Source: Bdellovibrionota bacterium (lineage in GTDB: Bacteria > Bdellovibrionota > FAC87 > UBA2466 > JACKAF01). Taken from it: 64,000 nucleotides of DNA. The position numbers and the translations under genes were made by a program. The stretch covers positions 5,128 to 69,127 of the forward strand of contig JBGSIC010000026.1 in NCBI GenBank assembly GCA_041751875.1, in the 5' to 3' direction. Below are positions 1-8,358 of the stretch, piece after piece. Numbering within the stretch: the first letter of the stretch is position 1; each line of letters begins with the position of its first letter. The notes beneath the pieces are model-generated. The model was not told where the DNA came from and searched no databases. It worked only from the letters and a program-made list of their open reading frames with translations.

Positions 1-392
1 TCGCGCTGAAAACCAAACTTCGTTTCGTCGGAAAGGCTTGCCACGTTTCCTTTTAGATGCGGGTACTCACGGGCCAGCTCGCCGTCAGTTGGCAAATAGT
101 GGCTTGGGATATGGTCAGGCTTTGCGGAAACGAGCTGCCACCGAATGAGTAGGGCTTCTTCTAGTTCCTTCAAAAGAGTTTCAGGCTCGGAAGCCTGCAT
201 ATGCTCAGCCAGTTTGGCGGGAGTTTGATGTACCAGCTTCAAAGTGGGCTGACTCTCGGAACGCTCCAAAACACGCCCTTCGCGGTTCAAAATTTCATAA
301 GCCGTCGCGCAAGAAGTCGAGAGAAGCTGAGGCTTGCCCATCGCCGACGCCGTAAGTAGTAAAGCGGTGAAAATGAAGAAGTGGTTTTTCAT
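1..392 (-). CDS. hypothetical secreted protein (3' end cut by window edge)
   Basis: My own minus-strand translation from ATG (392-390) gives MKNHFFIFTALLLTASAMGKPQLLSTSCATAYEILNREGRVLERSES... and stays open to position 1. The N-terminus looks like a signal peptide. The ATG overlaps the TGA stop of ORF 389..1282 (ATGA). It is missing from the ORF track because no stop lies inside the window. Confidence 0.5.
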   Translation of the reverse strand, partial: MKNHFFIFTALLLTASAMGKPQLLSTSCATAYEILNREGRVLERSESQPTLKLVHQTPAKLAEHMQASEPETLLKELEEALLIRWQLVSAKPDHIPSHYLPTDGELAREYPHLKGNVASLSDETKFGFQR

Positions 393-1282
393 TTCTCTGC
401 TCCCATCGCCGCGAGACTGGAGGCACACTTTGCTGCTACTTGCTTGAGCGCAGTTAAAGGTTTTTTCACAAAGGCACCTAGTTGCGCCTTACCAATGACT
501 TGAAATTTAACGTAGGGAGGCTGGCGGAAAACGCCGACCCTAAGAATGGGCACCCGGTACACATCGTTAGTGATCACAGAAACCGGGGGGAAGCCAACCC
601 CGATGCCTTCTGAAATTCCGAGTCGCAAATTGTTCTCTGTTACACAGCCTGCTGCGCCAAAACTACAAAAACCCTGCCCTGATTCCACCCGCAATGGTGT
701 TTTCCAATCGTTGCGGTTCGCGCTAAGAAGTACGCCGGCAAATACGGACGCGCCGACTTCAAAAGGAAGCGCCCGACGTGTCCTCACCAAATCCTGGTAA
801 AATTCTAGTACGAGTCCTTTGTTTTCCCGATCGGCTGCAAGCGTAACCGCGGGTCCCGTAATGCCAAACCAACCCGTTTTATTGACTAAGAGTCCGCCGC
901 TGACTCCTGCTTCGACGCTGACCCCTAGTTCGTTTGCGCCGGAAATAACGGCAGCGTTGGTCCACAGATGCGCATCGATCGCATCCAACGTTTTTTGAAC
1001 GCGGTTGATAGAGAAAGCTTTATCCAAACCGCGCGCAGCTTTTGCGATAAGAAGCTCTCTGTTTTTGCGGAAACTTTCTTGGGAGGAAGGGGAAAGAGTG
1101 TCAAAAGTCGCTTTTTGTTCTTCGGTGGTCGGCCCGTTGGGAAGCCAGTAGAGACTTCCGGCCTTGGTATCAATGGCAAAGGTCTCTTCTTCACCTTCGC
1201 CTTGAACCGAAAGCGATAGGACGAGAGCAAAGAAAAAGACGACGAGAAACCGCCTATTATGTGAAAATCCCAGCTGCAACAC
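389..1282 (-). CDS. hypothetical secreted protein
   Basis: 297-aa ORF with a GTG/TTG start region. The N-terminal NRR plus FLVVFFFALVLSLSVQG resembles a signal peptide. I recognise no catalytic motif. A GGGGGA Shine-Dalgarno sequence abuts the start, so the exact start codon is uncertain by 1-2 codons. Confidence 0.6.
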   Translation of the reverse strand: MLQLGFSHNRRFLVVFFFALVLSLSVQGEGEEETFAIDTKAGSLYWLPNGPTTEEQKATFDTLSPSSQESFRKNRELLIAKAARGLDKAFSINRVQKTLDAIDAHLWTNAAVISGANELGVSVEAGVSGGLLVNKTGWFGITGPAVTLAADRENKGLVLEFYQDLVRTRRALPFEVGASVFAGVLLSANRNDWKTPLRVESGQGFCSFGAAGCVTENNLRLGISEGIGVGFPPVSVITNDVYRVPILRVGVFRQPPYVKFQVIGKAQLGAFVKKPLTALKQVAAKCASSLAAMGAEK

Positions 1283-1304
1283 TCCCCCGATATCCTATTA
1301 ATGC

Positions 1305-1320
1305 TGCAAGGTAGGTGCCC
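1305..1320 (-). promoter_or_regulatory. sigma-54 type -24/-12 promoter candidate
   Basis: Read on the minus strand the site is GGGCAC-CTACC-TTGCA (consensus TGGCAC-N5-TTGCW) with canonical GG-N10-GC spacing. It is intergenic and on the correct strand for ORF 389..1282. The predicted leader is only about 12 nt. Confidence 0.4.
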
Positions 1321-1484
1321 AATTCAGTCGCCTGTATTCGGTGAGGCTACGGTAAAAAACGTGCCTGAAGAAAAAGGCGTCTAAAGGGGGGTGTGTACTT
1401 TTTGAACAGTGGGCCTAGAATAAGGCTCCAGCGCCAAGCTACTGAGAGTAGATTCGCGGAGAATGTGATGTTAGTAAAAAGAGA

Positions 1485-2666
1485 GTGGAAAACCAGAATA
1501 GCAGCCAAGAAGAACTAGTCGAAATAGGGCCCAAAGGCCGCCCCGTTCGTTCCGGTATTCAACCCTTGCTACTGATAGAGCAGGTGAAGAACACCGCCCC
1601 TTTTCTTTTTGAGGAGGGAAGCGCGGATCTTACGGCTCCTTTTCCCTACGTCCAGTTCATTTTGAACATGGAACGGGAAATGGGGGAGGGAGCTACTTAC
1701 AGCGCTGAAGAGAGCGAAAGCTACTTCGATCTTTGCTGGTCTGCTCACTACTGCACGGTAGCTACTTTTGTTCCCACCGATGTTGATAACCAAATTCGGT
1801 TTCGCATTTGGAATCGCGCCAACCCCACCCCTGTTTTAGAGGCGATGGCAAACCGCGTATTGGGGAGTATTGGCTGGGATTCACGTTTGGTTTCGACCCG
1901 CACGGTGGCGGAGGCCGAAGGAGAAGGATACCTCAGCGGGCATCATGGTGAATGGTTTAGCGTTGCAGTGGCGGCGTACGCGGCCACACGAAAGCGCTTG
2001 CCTGAACACGCCGAGAAAATCACCCAAGAAATTCTAGGGGAAGTTCAAAGAGAGTTGGAGCTCTTGGGGGGTCTAAAAAAGAAACGCGATGGCATCGGCG
2101 CCATGAAAGCAGCGACGCTTATCGCGCATAACTTCGGGGATCTCCTTCGTGTGATGGACCAATGGGAACTCAAAGACGAAGATACGCTTCGCGCTGCCGT
2201 CACCAAAATGTGGTTGGGCGAACTTTCCGGCTTGAATCACGAAGCGGCGGAACTTAACCGCATCCATATGGCGGCAGACAATCACCGGCACTATCCGCTT
2301 CGGGCAGCGCGCTGTTTGCGAACGCGGCGGGAATTTTTGTTGCCCATAGGACCTTTCTTCGATGATTGGGGAAAAGTCATTGGAGCGAGTCCTTATCTCA
2401 CGCCGGAAGAAATCGCCTCGGTTGCACAAGCCCTGGTCGATGGCTGGACCCGGCTCACTGCACCTGTTGGTTATGCCCGAGCACTGTCAGGAATTGTGGA
2501 AAAATTTCCGGGTGGATTTGGTGAACTCAAAAACTACCTGCCTTCCCGGACGGCGAAAGCTATTCAAGCAGGTCCTCTCCACACTCAAATGGTCATTCCG
2601 CAGTCGCGGTTCGAAGGCCAGTGGAATCAGGCAGCACTGAAATTTCTTAACCTGCGTTCGAACTAA
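1485..2666 (+). CDS. hypothetical cytoplasmic protein
   Basis: 393-aa ORF with a GTG start. It has no signal peptide, no TM segment and no motif I recognise. Its stop overlaps the convergent ORF 2663..3208 by 4 nt. Confidence 0.55.
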   Translation: MENQNSSQEELVEIGPKGRPVRSGIQPLLLIEQVKNTAPFLFEEGSADLTAPFPYVQFILNMEREMGEGATYSAEESESYFDLCWSAHYCTVATFVPTDVDNQIRFRIWNRANPTPVLEAMANRVLGSIGWDSRLVSTRTVAEAEGEGYLSGHHGEWFSVAVAAYAATRKRLPEHAEKITQEILGEVQRELELLGGLKKKRDGIGAMKAATLIAHNFGDLLRVMDQWELKDEDTLRAAVTKMWLGELSGLNHEAAELNRIHMAADNHRHYPLRAARCLRTRREFLLPIGPFFDDWGKVIGASPYLTPEEIASVAQALVDGWTRLTAPVGYARALSGIVEKFPGGFGELKNYLPSRTAKAIQAGPLHTQMVIPQSRFEGQWNQAALKFLNLRSN

Positions 2667-3208
2667 GCACTGTGACGAATTTCTTTGTCGGGATCCATCC
2701 GTTTGGCCAGCTTAGCGTCTACCTTTTCCTCGCTAATTCGACTCTGTGGAGGCAGTGTTTTCGCAAACTCTTCTTTAACCCGAAGATAATGGGTATTGAT
2801 TTCTACCGCTTCCTCGGACGAGAAAAGTTTCTTCGCAAGAGGAAATATCTCTTCTTCCTCTTCCTCAATATGATGCTCTAGATTTTCTTTAAGAACGGCG
2901 AACTTTCCTTCCCAACGATCCTCTGAAGCGTCACCTTCTTCCAGTTCCTTCATCAGCTTGTCCACAGCAAGGTGTTCTTCGTAGGCTTCGTTGCTTAGTT
3001 CCTGGGCCTTTTCTGAATCCTGTTTCAAAAGGAGTGCGTAGAGTGTTTTTTCCTCCCCACGCGCGTGAGGGACAAGTTCCCCTTTAAGCTTCTCTAGAAG
3101 TTTCATTCGCTGCCCCGGCTTGGCCTCCTCTAGTTGCTCCAAAATTTCTTTCACTCCATCATGTTCTTCTTTCAACGTTCCATAGATTTCAATTTGATGT
3201 TCTTCCAT
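2663..3208 (-). CDS. hemerythrin-like (HHE cation-binding) domain protein
   Basis: The protein is helical and rich in His/Glu, with HHIEEEEEEIFPL and VPHARGEEKTLY segments typical of hemerythrin HHE domains. A GGAGG Shine-Dalgarno sequence lies about 7 nt upstream of the ATG. Confidence 0.7.
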   Translation of the reverse strand: MEEHQIEIYGTLKEEHDGVKEILEQLEEAKPGQRMKLLEKLKGELVPHARGEEKTLYALLLKQDSEKAQELSNEAYEEHLAVDKLMKELEEGDASEDRWEGKFAVLKENLEHHIEEEEEEIFPLAKKLFSSEEAVEINTHYLRVKEEFAKTLPPQSRISEEKVDAKLAKRMDPDKEIRHSA

Positions 3209-3223
3209 GATCGCCTCCTTATG

Positions 3224-3421
3224 TTAGGCCGCTTTACGCGACTGACTGTTTTTTCTTCCGGATCCTGATTTCTTGCCGCCGCCCGATTCCTTGTTAACGG
3301 TTGCCCAAGCACGTTTCTCAGCGGTCTTTTTACTGAGCCCCTTTTTCTCGTATCCCTTCTCGATGTGTTCGGCTTGGCGTTTTTGCTTAGATGTGTATTT
3401 CTTTTTGCTTCCTTGAGCCAT
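3224..3421 (-). CDS. small basic conserved protein (KQKRQAEHIEKGYEKKG...RAWATVNKESGGG type)
   Basis: 65-aa ORF with a GGAGGAG Shine-Dalgarno sequence. The QAEHIE..YE..G.S...AE.RAWATVNK..GGG pattern matches a small protein family common in proteobacteria and usually annotated hypothetical or stress-associated. It sits 15 nt upstream of the hemerythrin-like gene on the same strand. Confidence 0.6.
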   Translation of the reverse strand: MAQGSKKKYTSKQKRQAEHIEKGYEKKGLSKKTAEKRAWATVNKESGGGKKSGSGRKNSQSRKAA

Positions 3422-3593
3422 TTGGAATCTCCTCCAGTATGTATTTGCACTCCTACAACTGTAGGAAGCACGAGACAGAAGGGCGATGGCGTTGGCCTCA
3501 AATTCGCTTACTTAGTGTCTCGTGGGGAATAAGGAGCAAGGGGCGTGCCAGGGTTTGTTTTCCCGGCTTAGGAGAGGTAGAAAAAAGAAAGAC

Positions 3594-4442
3594 ATGAAAA
3601 CCTACGCTGGTGCTCTAGTTACGGATCTCGATGGAACTCTCGCGGATAAGTCCAAGATCATTTCGTCCGACGTGAAAGCCGAATTGGAGCATCTTGGGTC
3701 AAAAGGGGTGTTGCGTGTAGTCGCTACGGGCCGTTCCTTACACGGTTTTCGAAAAATTATCTCTTCAGACTTTCCTATTGATTACGTGGCTTTTTCTTCA
3801 GGGGCAGGCATTTTTGACTGGCGGAAGCAGAAGCTCGAAAAGCACGCTCATTTGGAAGAAGAGGCTGTGAAGGGAGTGGTTCAGAGGCTTTTGGAGCATA
3901 ATCTCGATTTCATGGTTCACGCCCCGATACCAGATAACCACTATTTTTATTATCGGCACGGTGGAGCACCCAACACCGACTTCCATCAACGCGTGGCCAT
4001 TTATCAAGAGTATGTAAAACCGTGGCCCGATCAGCAGAAATACGGAGCGGCCAGCCAGTTACTTGTGGTGGAACCGCCAACCGAGAATTCCTGTTACACC
4101 TCACTATCGCGTCTGCTATCGCCTCTCACGGTGATTCGCGCCACCTCTCCCCTCGACTTTGCTTCACGTTGGATTGAAATTTTCCCGGAAGGCGTTTCTA
4201 AGGCAAGCGCCGCAGCCTGGATCGTCACTCGGCATAACATCTCTGTTTCCCGGGTGATGGCGGTGGGTAATGACTACAACGATTTTGATTTGCTCACATG
4301 GGCGGCAGTACCTTACTTGGTGGGCGATGGCGCTGAGGTGTTAAAGAAAGAGCTCCCCAACGTGAAATTAAACTGTGCCAAGGATTTTCTTTCGGCTTTG
4401 CGAGCTGTTCCAGACTTTTTTAAAGACCCAAGACCAAAATAG
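3594..4442 (+). CDS. HAD-superfamily hydrolase, subfamily IIB (Cof-like)
   Basis: Motifs LVTDLDGTL (DxDGT), VATGRS and GNDYNDFDLL are present. I set the start at ATG 3594 (MKTYAG...) rather than the 24-codon Arg/Lys-rich GTG extension in the ORF track (3522). Confidence 0.8.
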   Translation: MKTYAGALVTDLDGTLADKSKIISSDVKAELEHLGSKGVLRVVATGRSLHGFRKIISSDFPIDYVAFSSGAGIFDWRKQKLEKHAHLEEEAVKGVVQRLLEHNLDFMVHAPIPDNHYFYYRHGGAPNTDFHQRVAIYQEYVKPWPDQQKYGAASQLLVVEPPTENSCYTSLSRLLSPLTVIRATSPLDFASRWIEIFPEGVSKASAAAWIVTRHNISVSRVMAVGNDYNDFDLLTWAAVPYLVGDGAEVLKKELPNVKLNCAKDFLSALRAVPDFFKDPRPK

Positions 4443-4477
4443 AGACCGCTCTTTGCTCCCCTGACATAGCCAGTTTA

Positions 4478-4493
4478 TGGCATTCAAACTGCA
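4478..4493 (+). promoter_or_regulatory. sigma-54 type promoter candidate (weaker)
   Basis: TGGCAT-TCAAA-CTGCA has two mismatches to TGGCAC-N5-TTGCW with correct GG-N10-GC spacing. The predicted start site falls only about 4 nt before ATG 4508, which would make the mRNA nearly leaderless. Confidence 0.25.
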
Positions 4494-4507
4494 TTTGGGT
4501 ACTTGCT

Positions 4508-4942
4508 ATGAATTGTAACAATGCCCCGCGAGTCACATCGGTCAAAGAAGCTTATGACGTGTTTAAGGACATCGCTGAAGAAACCCAAGAGGTGCTAAGC
4601 GCAGCCTTTCTCAACTCTGCGCATGGAGTGTTGGGAAGGATGGAAATCTTTCGTGGGACCATTACGCATATCACCGCAAGTCCTCGGGAAATTCTGCGGG
4701 CTGCACTACTGAAGAACGCAACGAAGATTCTCATTGCGCACAACCATCCTTCGCAAGATCCGTTGCCGAGTGCGGAAGATCAGAGATTCACGAAGCAATT
4801 GGAGAGAGCAGCGTGTTTGGTGGGAATTCCGCTGCTGGATCACCTAATTATTTGTCAGAGGAATGTTTTTTACAGTTTCGCTGCTTCTAAGCAGTTAGGG
4901 CGATTTCTTGACCAAGGCGCGAGATGGCGCGATTACCGATGA
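4508..4942 (+). CDS. RadC-like JAB/JAMM domain protein (core domain only)
   Basis: HNHPSQDPLPSAEDQRF matches the RadC/JAMM motif HxHPSGx3PSxxD. The protein is only 144 aa and lacks an N-terminal HhH region. Its 3' end overlaps the convergent carbamoyltransferase gene by 56 nt. Confidence 0.8.
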   Translation: MNCNNAPRVTSVKEAYDVFKDIAEETQEVLSAAFLNSAHGVLGRMEIFRGTITHITASPREILRAALLKNATKILIAHNHPSQDPLPSAEDQRFTKQLERAACLVGIPLLDHLIICQRNVFYSFAASKQLGRFLDQGARWRDYR

Positions 4943-6629
4943 TCAAATGGTCGATGTCGGCGTGAGAGAAGCAAGCCATGGCGTCCTTCTGCGAACAAAC
5001 GACGGGTTCGCAGTCGTTGAACGAAGTATTGATCAACATGGGAACGCCTGTTTTCTTGCGAAACGTATCTAGCAGTCGCCAGAAGAAAGGTTGAGTTTCC
5101 TTTTTCACTGATTGAATGCGACAGCTGTTGTCACTATGTACCACGCCCGGGATCTGATTGCGGGAAGAAGTCTTTACTTCGAAAACGGCCTCCATGGTCG
5201 GCGCGTAGAAAGAGTCATTGAACCAGTCTTGCTGGAATTCCCAGAGGACTGAGGCGGCAAATGGTCTAAAGGCTTCGCGATGCTTAACGCGACTGTTTAG
5301 TCGTTCTTTCATGTCTGCCACCCGGGGGTCCGCCAGAATGCTGCGGCTTCCAAGCGCACGCGGCCCAAATTCCATTCGTCCTTGGACGAGCCCTAAGATT
5401 TGGCCCTTTGTTAAGCAGTCGACCATCCAATCGCAGAGGGCTTGCTCTTTGGCAAATGATCGCTCACTCACTTCAAAGGAAAAAGGGAAGGGGCTGTGTG
5501 CCGATTCGTCGTGGCTCGGACCGAGTAGTGCCCAGTGCCCTCCTTCGGCCGATAGATCTTCTCGGCGGCTGGCGGCTGCGGCCGCACCCACAGCGATGCC
5601 CGCATCGTGTGATGCCGGGGCCACCCAGACGTTCTTAAACGGAGTTTGCTTGAGAATTTTTCCGACCCAAACGCTGTTGTGCGCGCATCCGCCTGCCAAG
5701 GCGATGGAATCACTTGGCGCTTTTTTGTGCAATTGATTGAGACAGTGGCTGGCGATTTCTTCAAAGCGTGTCTGAATCGATTTCGCCAGATCCCAATGCA
5801 TGCGATTTAATGGTTGCTCGGCTTTTCGAGGAGGAATGCCTAAAAGCTGAGTCAAAAAATTACTCGCGTAGAGAGTGTTAACATGAGGCTGATCGTTGCG
5901 CACTTCGAATGCCCCGATACTTTTTGCAATCGGCAGGGCTTCGAAATTGAGCTTGAAACCAAATTTCTCATCCTCGCGAACAATTTCTCTCATTTCTTTA
6001 AGATAGGTTGGCTGACCGTAAGCAGAGAGACCCATCACTTTGAATTCGTCGCCGAAGTACGGAAAGCCCAGGTATTGGGTCATCGCACTATAGAAAAACC
6101 CGAGCGAGTGCGGGTAGTACACACGATTGAAAATATCAATGCGAGGCCCGTTCGCCCTGCCTGCGCTGGCGGAGACAAAGTCTCCCAATCCGTCGAAGGA
6201 GAAAAGAGCCGTTTCTTCGTCCGTCGCGAGAAACCGTGCACTCCAGAGATGGGCAAGGTGATGCTCCACTTTTTCAATGCGACGCGGACGAAGCCCCATT
6301 CGTTGAAGCTCTTCCGCGAGTGAAATTTTGTGCTTTGACCCCGCGACTTTCTTGGTCACGTTTGGGTGTTTAAGAGAGAACCAAATTTTTCGAAAGAGCG
6401 CGTTGTTCGGCTTACGCGCTACGGCGACGACCTTCACATCGCGTGGAGCCAGTTTCGCGTGTGAGAGGCAATACTCGATGGCCCGGCGCGGAAACGATGC
6501 GTCGTGTTTTTTTCTTGAAAAGCGCTCTTCTTCGCACGCTGCAACAAGTACGCCGTCGACAACGAGAGCTGCGGAAGAATCACCATGCGAATAGCTGATA
6601 CCAAGGACCGTAAGGGGAGTCTTAGCCAT
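4887..6629 (-). CDS. carbamoyltransferase (NodU/CmcH family)
   Basis: 580 aa. The N-terminal GISYSHGDSSAALVVDG...EERFSRKKH and the overall architecture are typical of NodU/CmcH O-carbamoyltransferases. Confidence 0.85.
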   Translation of the reverse strand: MAKTPLTVLGISYSHGDSSAALVVDGVLVAACEEERFSRKKHDASFPRRAIEYCLSHAKLAPRDVKVVAVARKPNNALFRKIWFSLKHPNVTKKVAGSKHKISLAEELQRMGLRPRRIEKVEHHLAHLWSARFLATDEETALFSFDGLGDFVSASAGRANGPRIDIFNRVYYPHSLGFFYSAMTQYLGFPYFGDEFKVMGLSAYGQPTYLKEMREIVREDEKFGFKLNFEALPIAKSIGAFEVRNDQPHVNTLYASNFLTQLLGIPPRKAEQPLNRMHWDLAKSIQTRFEEIASHCLNQLHKKAPSDSIALAGGCAHNSVWVGKILKQTPFKNVWVAPASHDAGIAVGAAAAASRREDLSAEGGHWALLGPSHDESAHSPFPFSFEVSERSFAKEQALCDWMVDCLTKGQILGLVQGRMEFGPRALGSRSILADPRVADMKERLNSRVKHREAFRPFAASVLWEFQQDWFNDSFYAPTMEAVFEVKTSSRNQIPGVVHSDNSCRIQSVKKETQPFFWRLLDTFRKKTGVPMLINTSFNDCEPVVCSQKDAMACFSHADIDHLIIGNRAISRLGQEIALTA

Positions 6630-6672
6630 GTCTTAATTTCTGGGAATTGTTGAGGATGACACTGCGATCTGA

Positions 6673-8172
6673 ATGCCACGTCTTTTAAAGAAAAGGGAGG
6701 CAACAAATTCTCTTAAGTTTACACCGTTTCCCCTCGATAGGGTACATGAGTCCCTTCACCTTTTTTCCTCCTTAAATAAATCACCGATGAATCCCATAAT
6801 CATTATCGAAGCAATCGCATTTGCGTTGGTCGGTGCGGTTGTCGCCGCTCCTTTTCTTTGGCTCAATCTACGCTTTGCATCACGCCTCTCTTTAATAGAT
6901 TGGCCGAAAGCACGTGGCATTTCCCAACAAGAAGTTCCTATTATCGGGTACGCCCTTGTTACCCTCACACTCGGCCTGCTGATTGGTTCAGCGTTTTTTG
7001 AATTCATTAGTCCTTGGGTAGTCGTAACAAGCGCGATCATCGCTCTGGTCGGTCACCTAGATGACCGTCATCCTTTGCCCCCTATCGAGAAACTCGTTCT
7101 TCAATTCCTTTGCGTAATTATCGTGGTTTTTTGCGATCCCAATATTCAAACTGCCATTGGAGACAAGTACGGTATCTGGGGCGATCTGATTGCTATCTTC
7201 TTTATTGTTGGACTCGTTAACGCCATCAACTTCATCGACGGAATCGATGGCTTAGCCGGTACGGTGTTGGTGGTGGGAAGCTTGGGTTGCGTGCTTCTCT
7301 CGCAGGGCAATCCGGGAAGCTATCCCTACTTTGTCATTAGCAGCCTCATTCTGGGAATGATGGTTCCGTTTTTATACTTAAATGTTTCTAAGAAACGCGG
7401 GTTTTTAGGCAACGTGGGAAGTTACTTTTTTGGATACCTTCTTGCGGTGATGCATCTCTCGGTTCCACTAAACAGCATCGATCCCATTGCGGCATTTTCG
7501 ATCTCCGCGCTTTGTTTCCTCATTCCCATCGCGGACTCGGTCACCGTGGTAACCACACGTCTTCTTTCGGTTCGTTCCCCCTTCCAGGGCGACAAGGGGC
7601 ACCTGCATCACCGGTTGGTGCAGTCGAGCTTGCCGCTTCGTTATGTGCTTTTAAACTTCAGTTTGATTGGCCTTGCGGGTGTGGTGATTGCTTACTTTTT
7701 TAATACAAAGACCGCCATGCATCACAGCCGCTTGCCGCTGGTGATTTGCTTTGCTTACATCGGCATCATCTCGCTGCTCATCGGGATGATTGAAAAAGCT
7801 TCCAAAAAGCGGCTTCAGGGTTACTTCATGCGTTTTGATGAAGGTAGCCCAGTTTACTTTCTCAAGTACCGTTTGCGCGCCAAGAACGGGGAGAGCCTAT
7901 CTAACGTGGTGCTAAAGCGCTTGGAAGCGAAAATCAGCACAGAAATTCGCGTGAACGACGTGTGTTTCGCCAAAGCTCCGGATGAACTTTTTGTGATTTT
8001 GAGCGCCTTGGAAGAACCCATCGCGGGGGTTTCCCAACGCATCAAACCGATTCTCGACCAAGAAGATCTGGAAGCGACTCTGCTAACCGATCGTGGCGAG
8101 TACTTGAAGCTCTCCTACCAAAACCAGACCACTCTATCGGGGCCTTCTAGCAGGCCCGTCCTCTCGAACTGA
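6673..8172 (+). CDS. polyprenyl-phosphate sugar-1-phosphate transferase (glycosyltransferase family 4, WecA/MraY-like) with C-terminal soluble extension
   Basis: NAINFIDGIDGLAG and DKGHLHHRL motifs are present along with about 10 TM segments. ATG 6787 (MNPIIIIE...) is an alternative start. The last ~120 aa (approx 7795..8172) are non-membrane and not part of the canonical family core. Confidence 0.8.
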   Translation: MPRLLKKREATNSLKFTPFPLDRVHESLHLFSSLNKSPMNPIIIIEAIAFALVGAVVAAPFLWLNLRFASRLSLIDWPKARGISQQEVPIIGYALVTLTLGLLIGSAFFEFISPWVVVTSAIIALVGHLDDRHPLPPIEKLVLQFLCVIIVVFCDPNIQTAIGDKYGIWGDLIAIFFIVGLVNAINFIDGIDGLAGTVLVVGSLGCVLLSQGNPGSYPYFVISSLILGMMVPFLYLNVSKKRGFLGNVGSYFFGYLLAVMHLSVPLNSIDPIAAFSISALCFLIPIADSVTVVTTRLLSVRSPFQGDKGHLHHRLVQSSLPLRYVLLNFSLIGLAGVVIAYFFNTKTAMHHSRLPLVICFAYIGIISLLIGMIEKASKKRLQGYFMRFDEGSPVYFLKYRLRAKNGESLSNVVLKRLEAKISTEIRVNDVCFAKAPDELFVILSALEEPIAGVSQRIKPILDQEDLEATLLTDRGEYLKLSYQNQTTLSGPSSRPVLSN

Positions 8173-8358
8173 AGGGGCTTGCGGACGCTGTGGACGCGCC
8201 CAGAATAAGCTCGCGCCTCTACTCCAAATAGACATTTCGGACATTGTGCGCGCGCTTTCAAGAAAACCCCTTTATAGGACTTCCTTGAAAACGCACGCAA
8301 TTCATCCGCGATTTCCACCAGGGTGGAGGGCGTGGGTTGACTATGCTATGTTCCCTCC

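Noticed and set aside
3469-3524. 9-bp inverted repeat CACGAGACA...TGTCTCGTG flanking a weak sigma-54-like site TGGCCT-N5-TCGCT (3493..3508)
   Set aside because: The promoter-like site has three mismatches to consensus, within chance expectation. The inverted repeat has a 38-nt spacer and no second copy in the window. Neither is strong enough to report as a feature.
3522-3593. N-terminal extensions offered by the ORF track (also 26982..27074, 37018..37110, 51220..51369, 34405..34422, 18923..18940, 39304..39318)
   Set aside because: In each case an internal ATG preceded by a Shine-Dalgarno sequence gives a canonical N-terminus (signal peptide, DxD motif, Rossmann fold or REC domain). The extension is Arg/Pro-rich or overlaps the upstream gene or an intergenic repeat.
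5218-5736. 172-aa ORF on the plus strand (and nested ORFs 5408..5638, 5468..5764)
   Set aside because: It is antisense or alternate-frame within the carbamoyltransferase gene, and its Ser/Arg/Ala-rich translation has no motifs.
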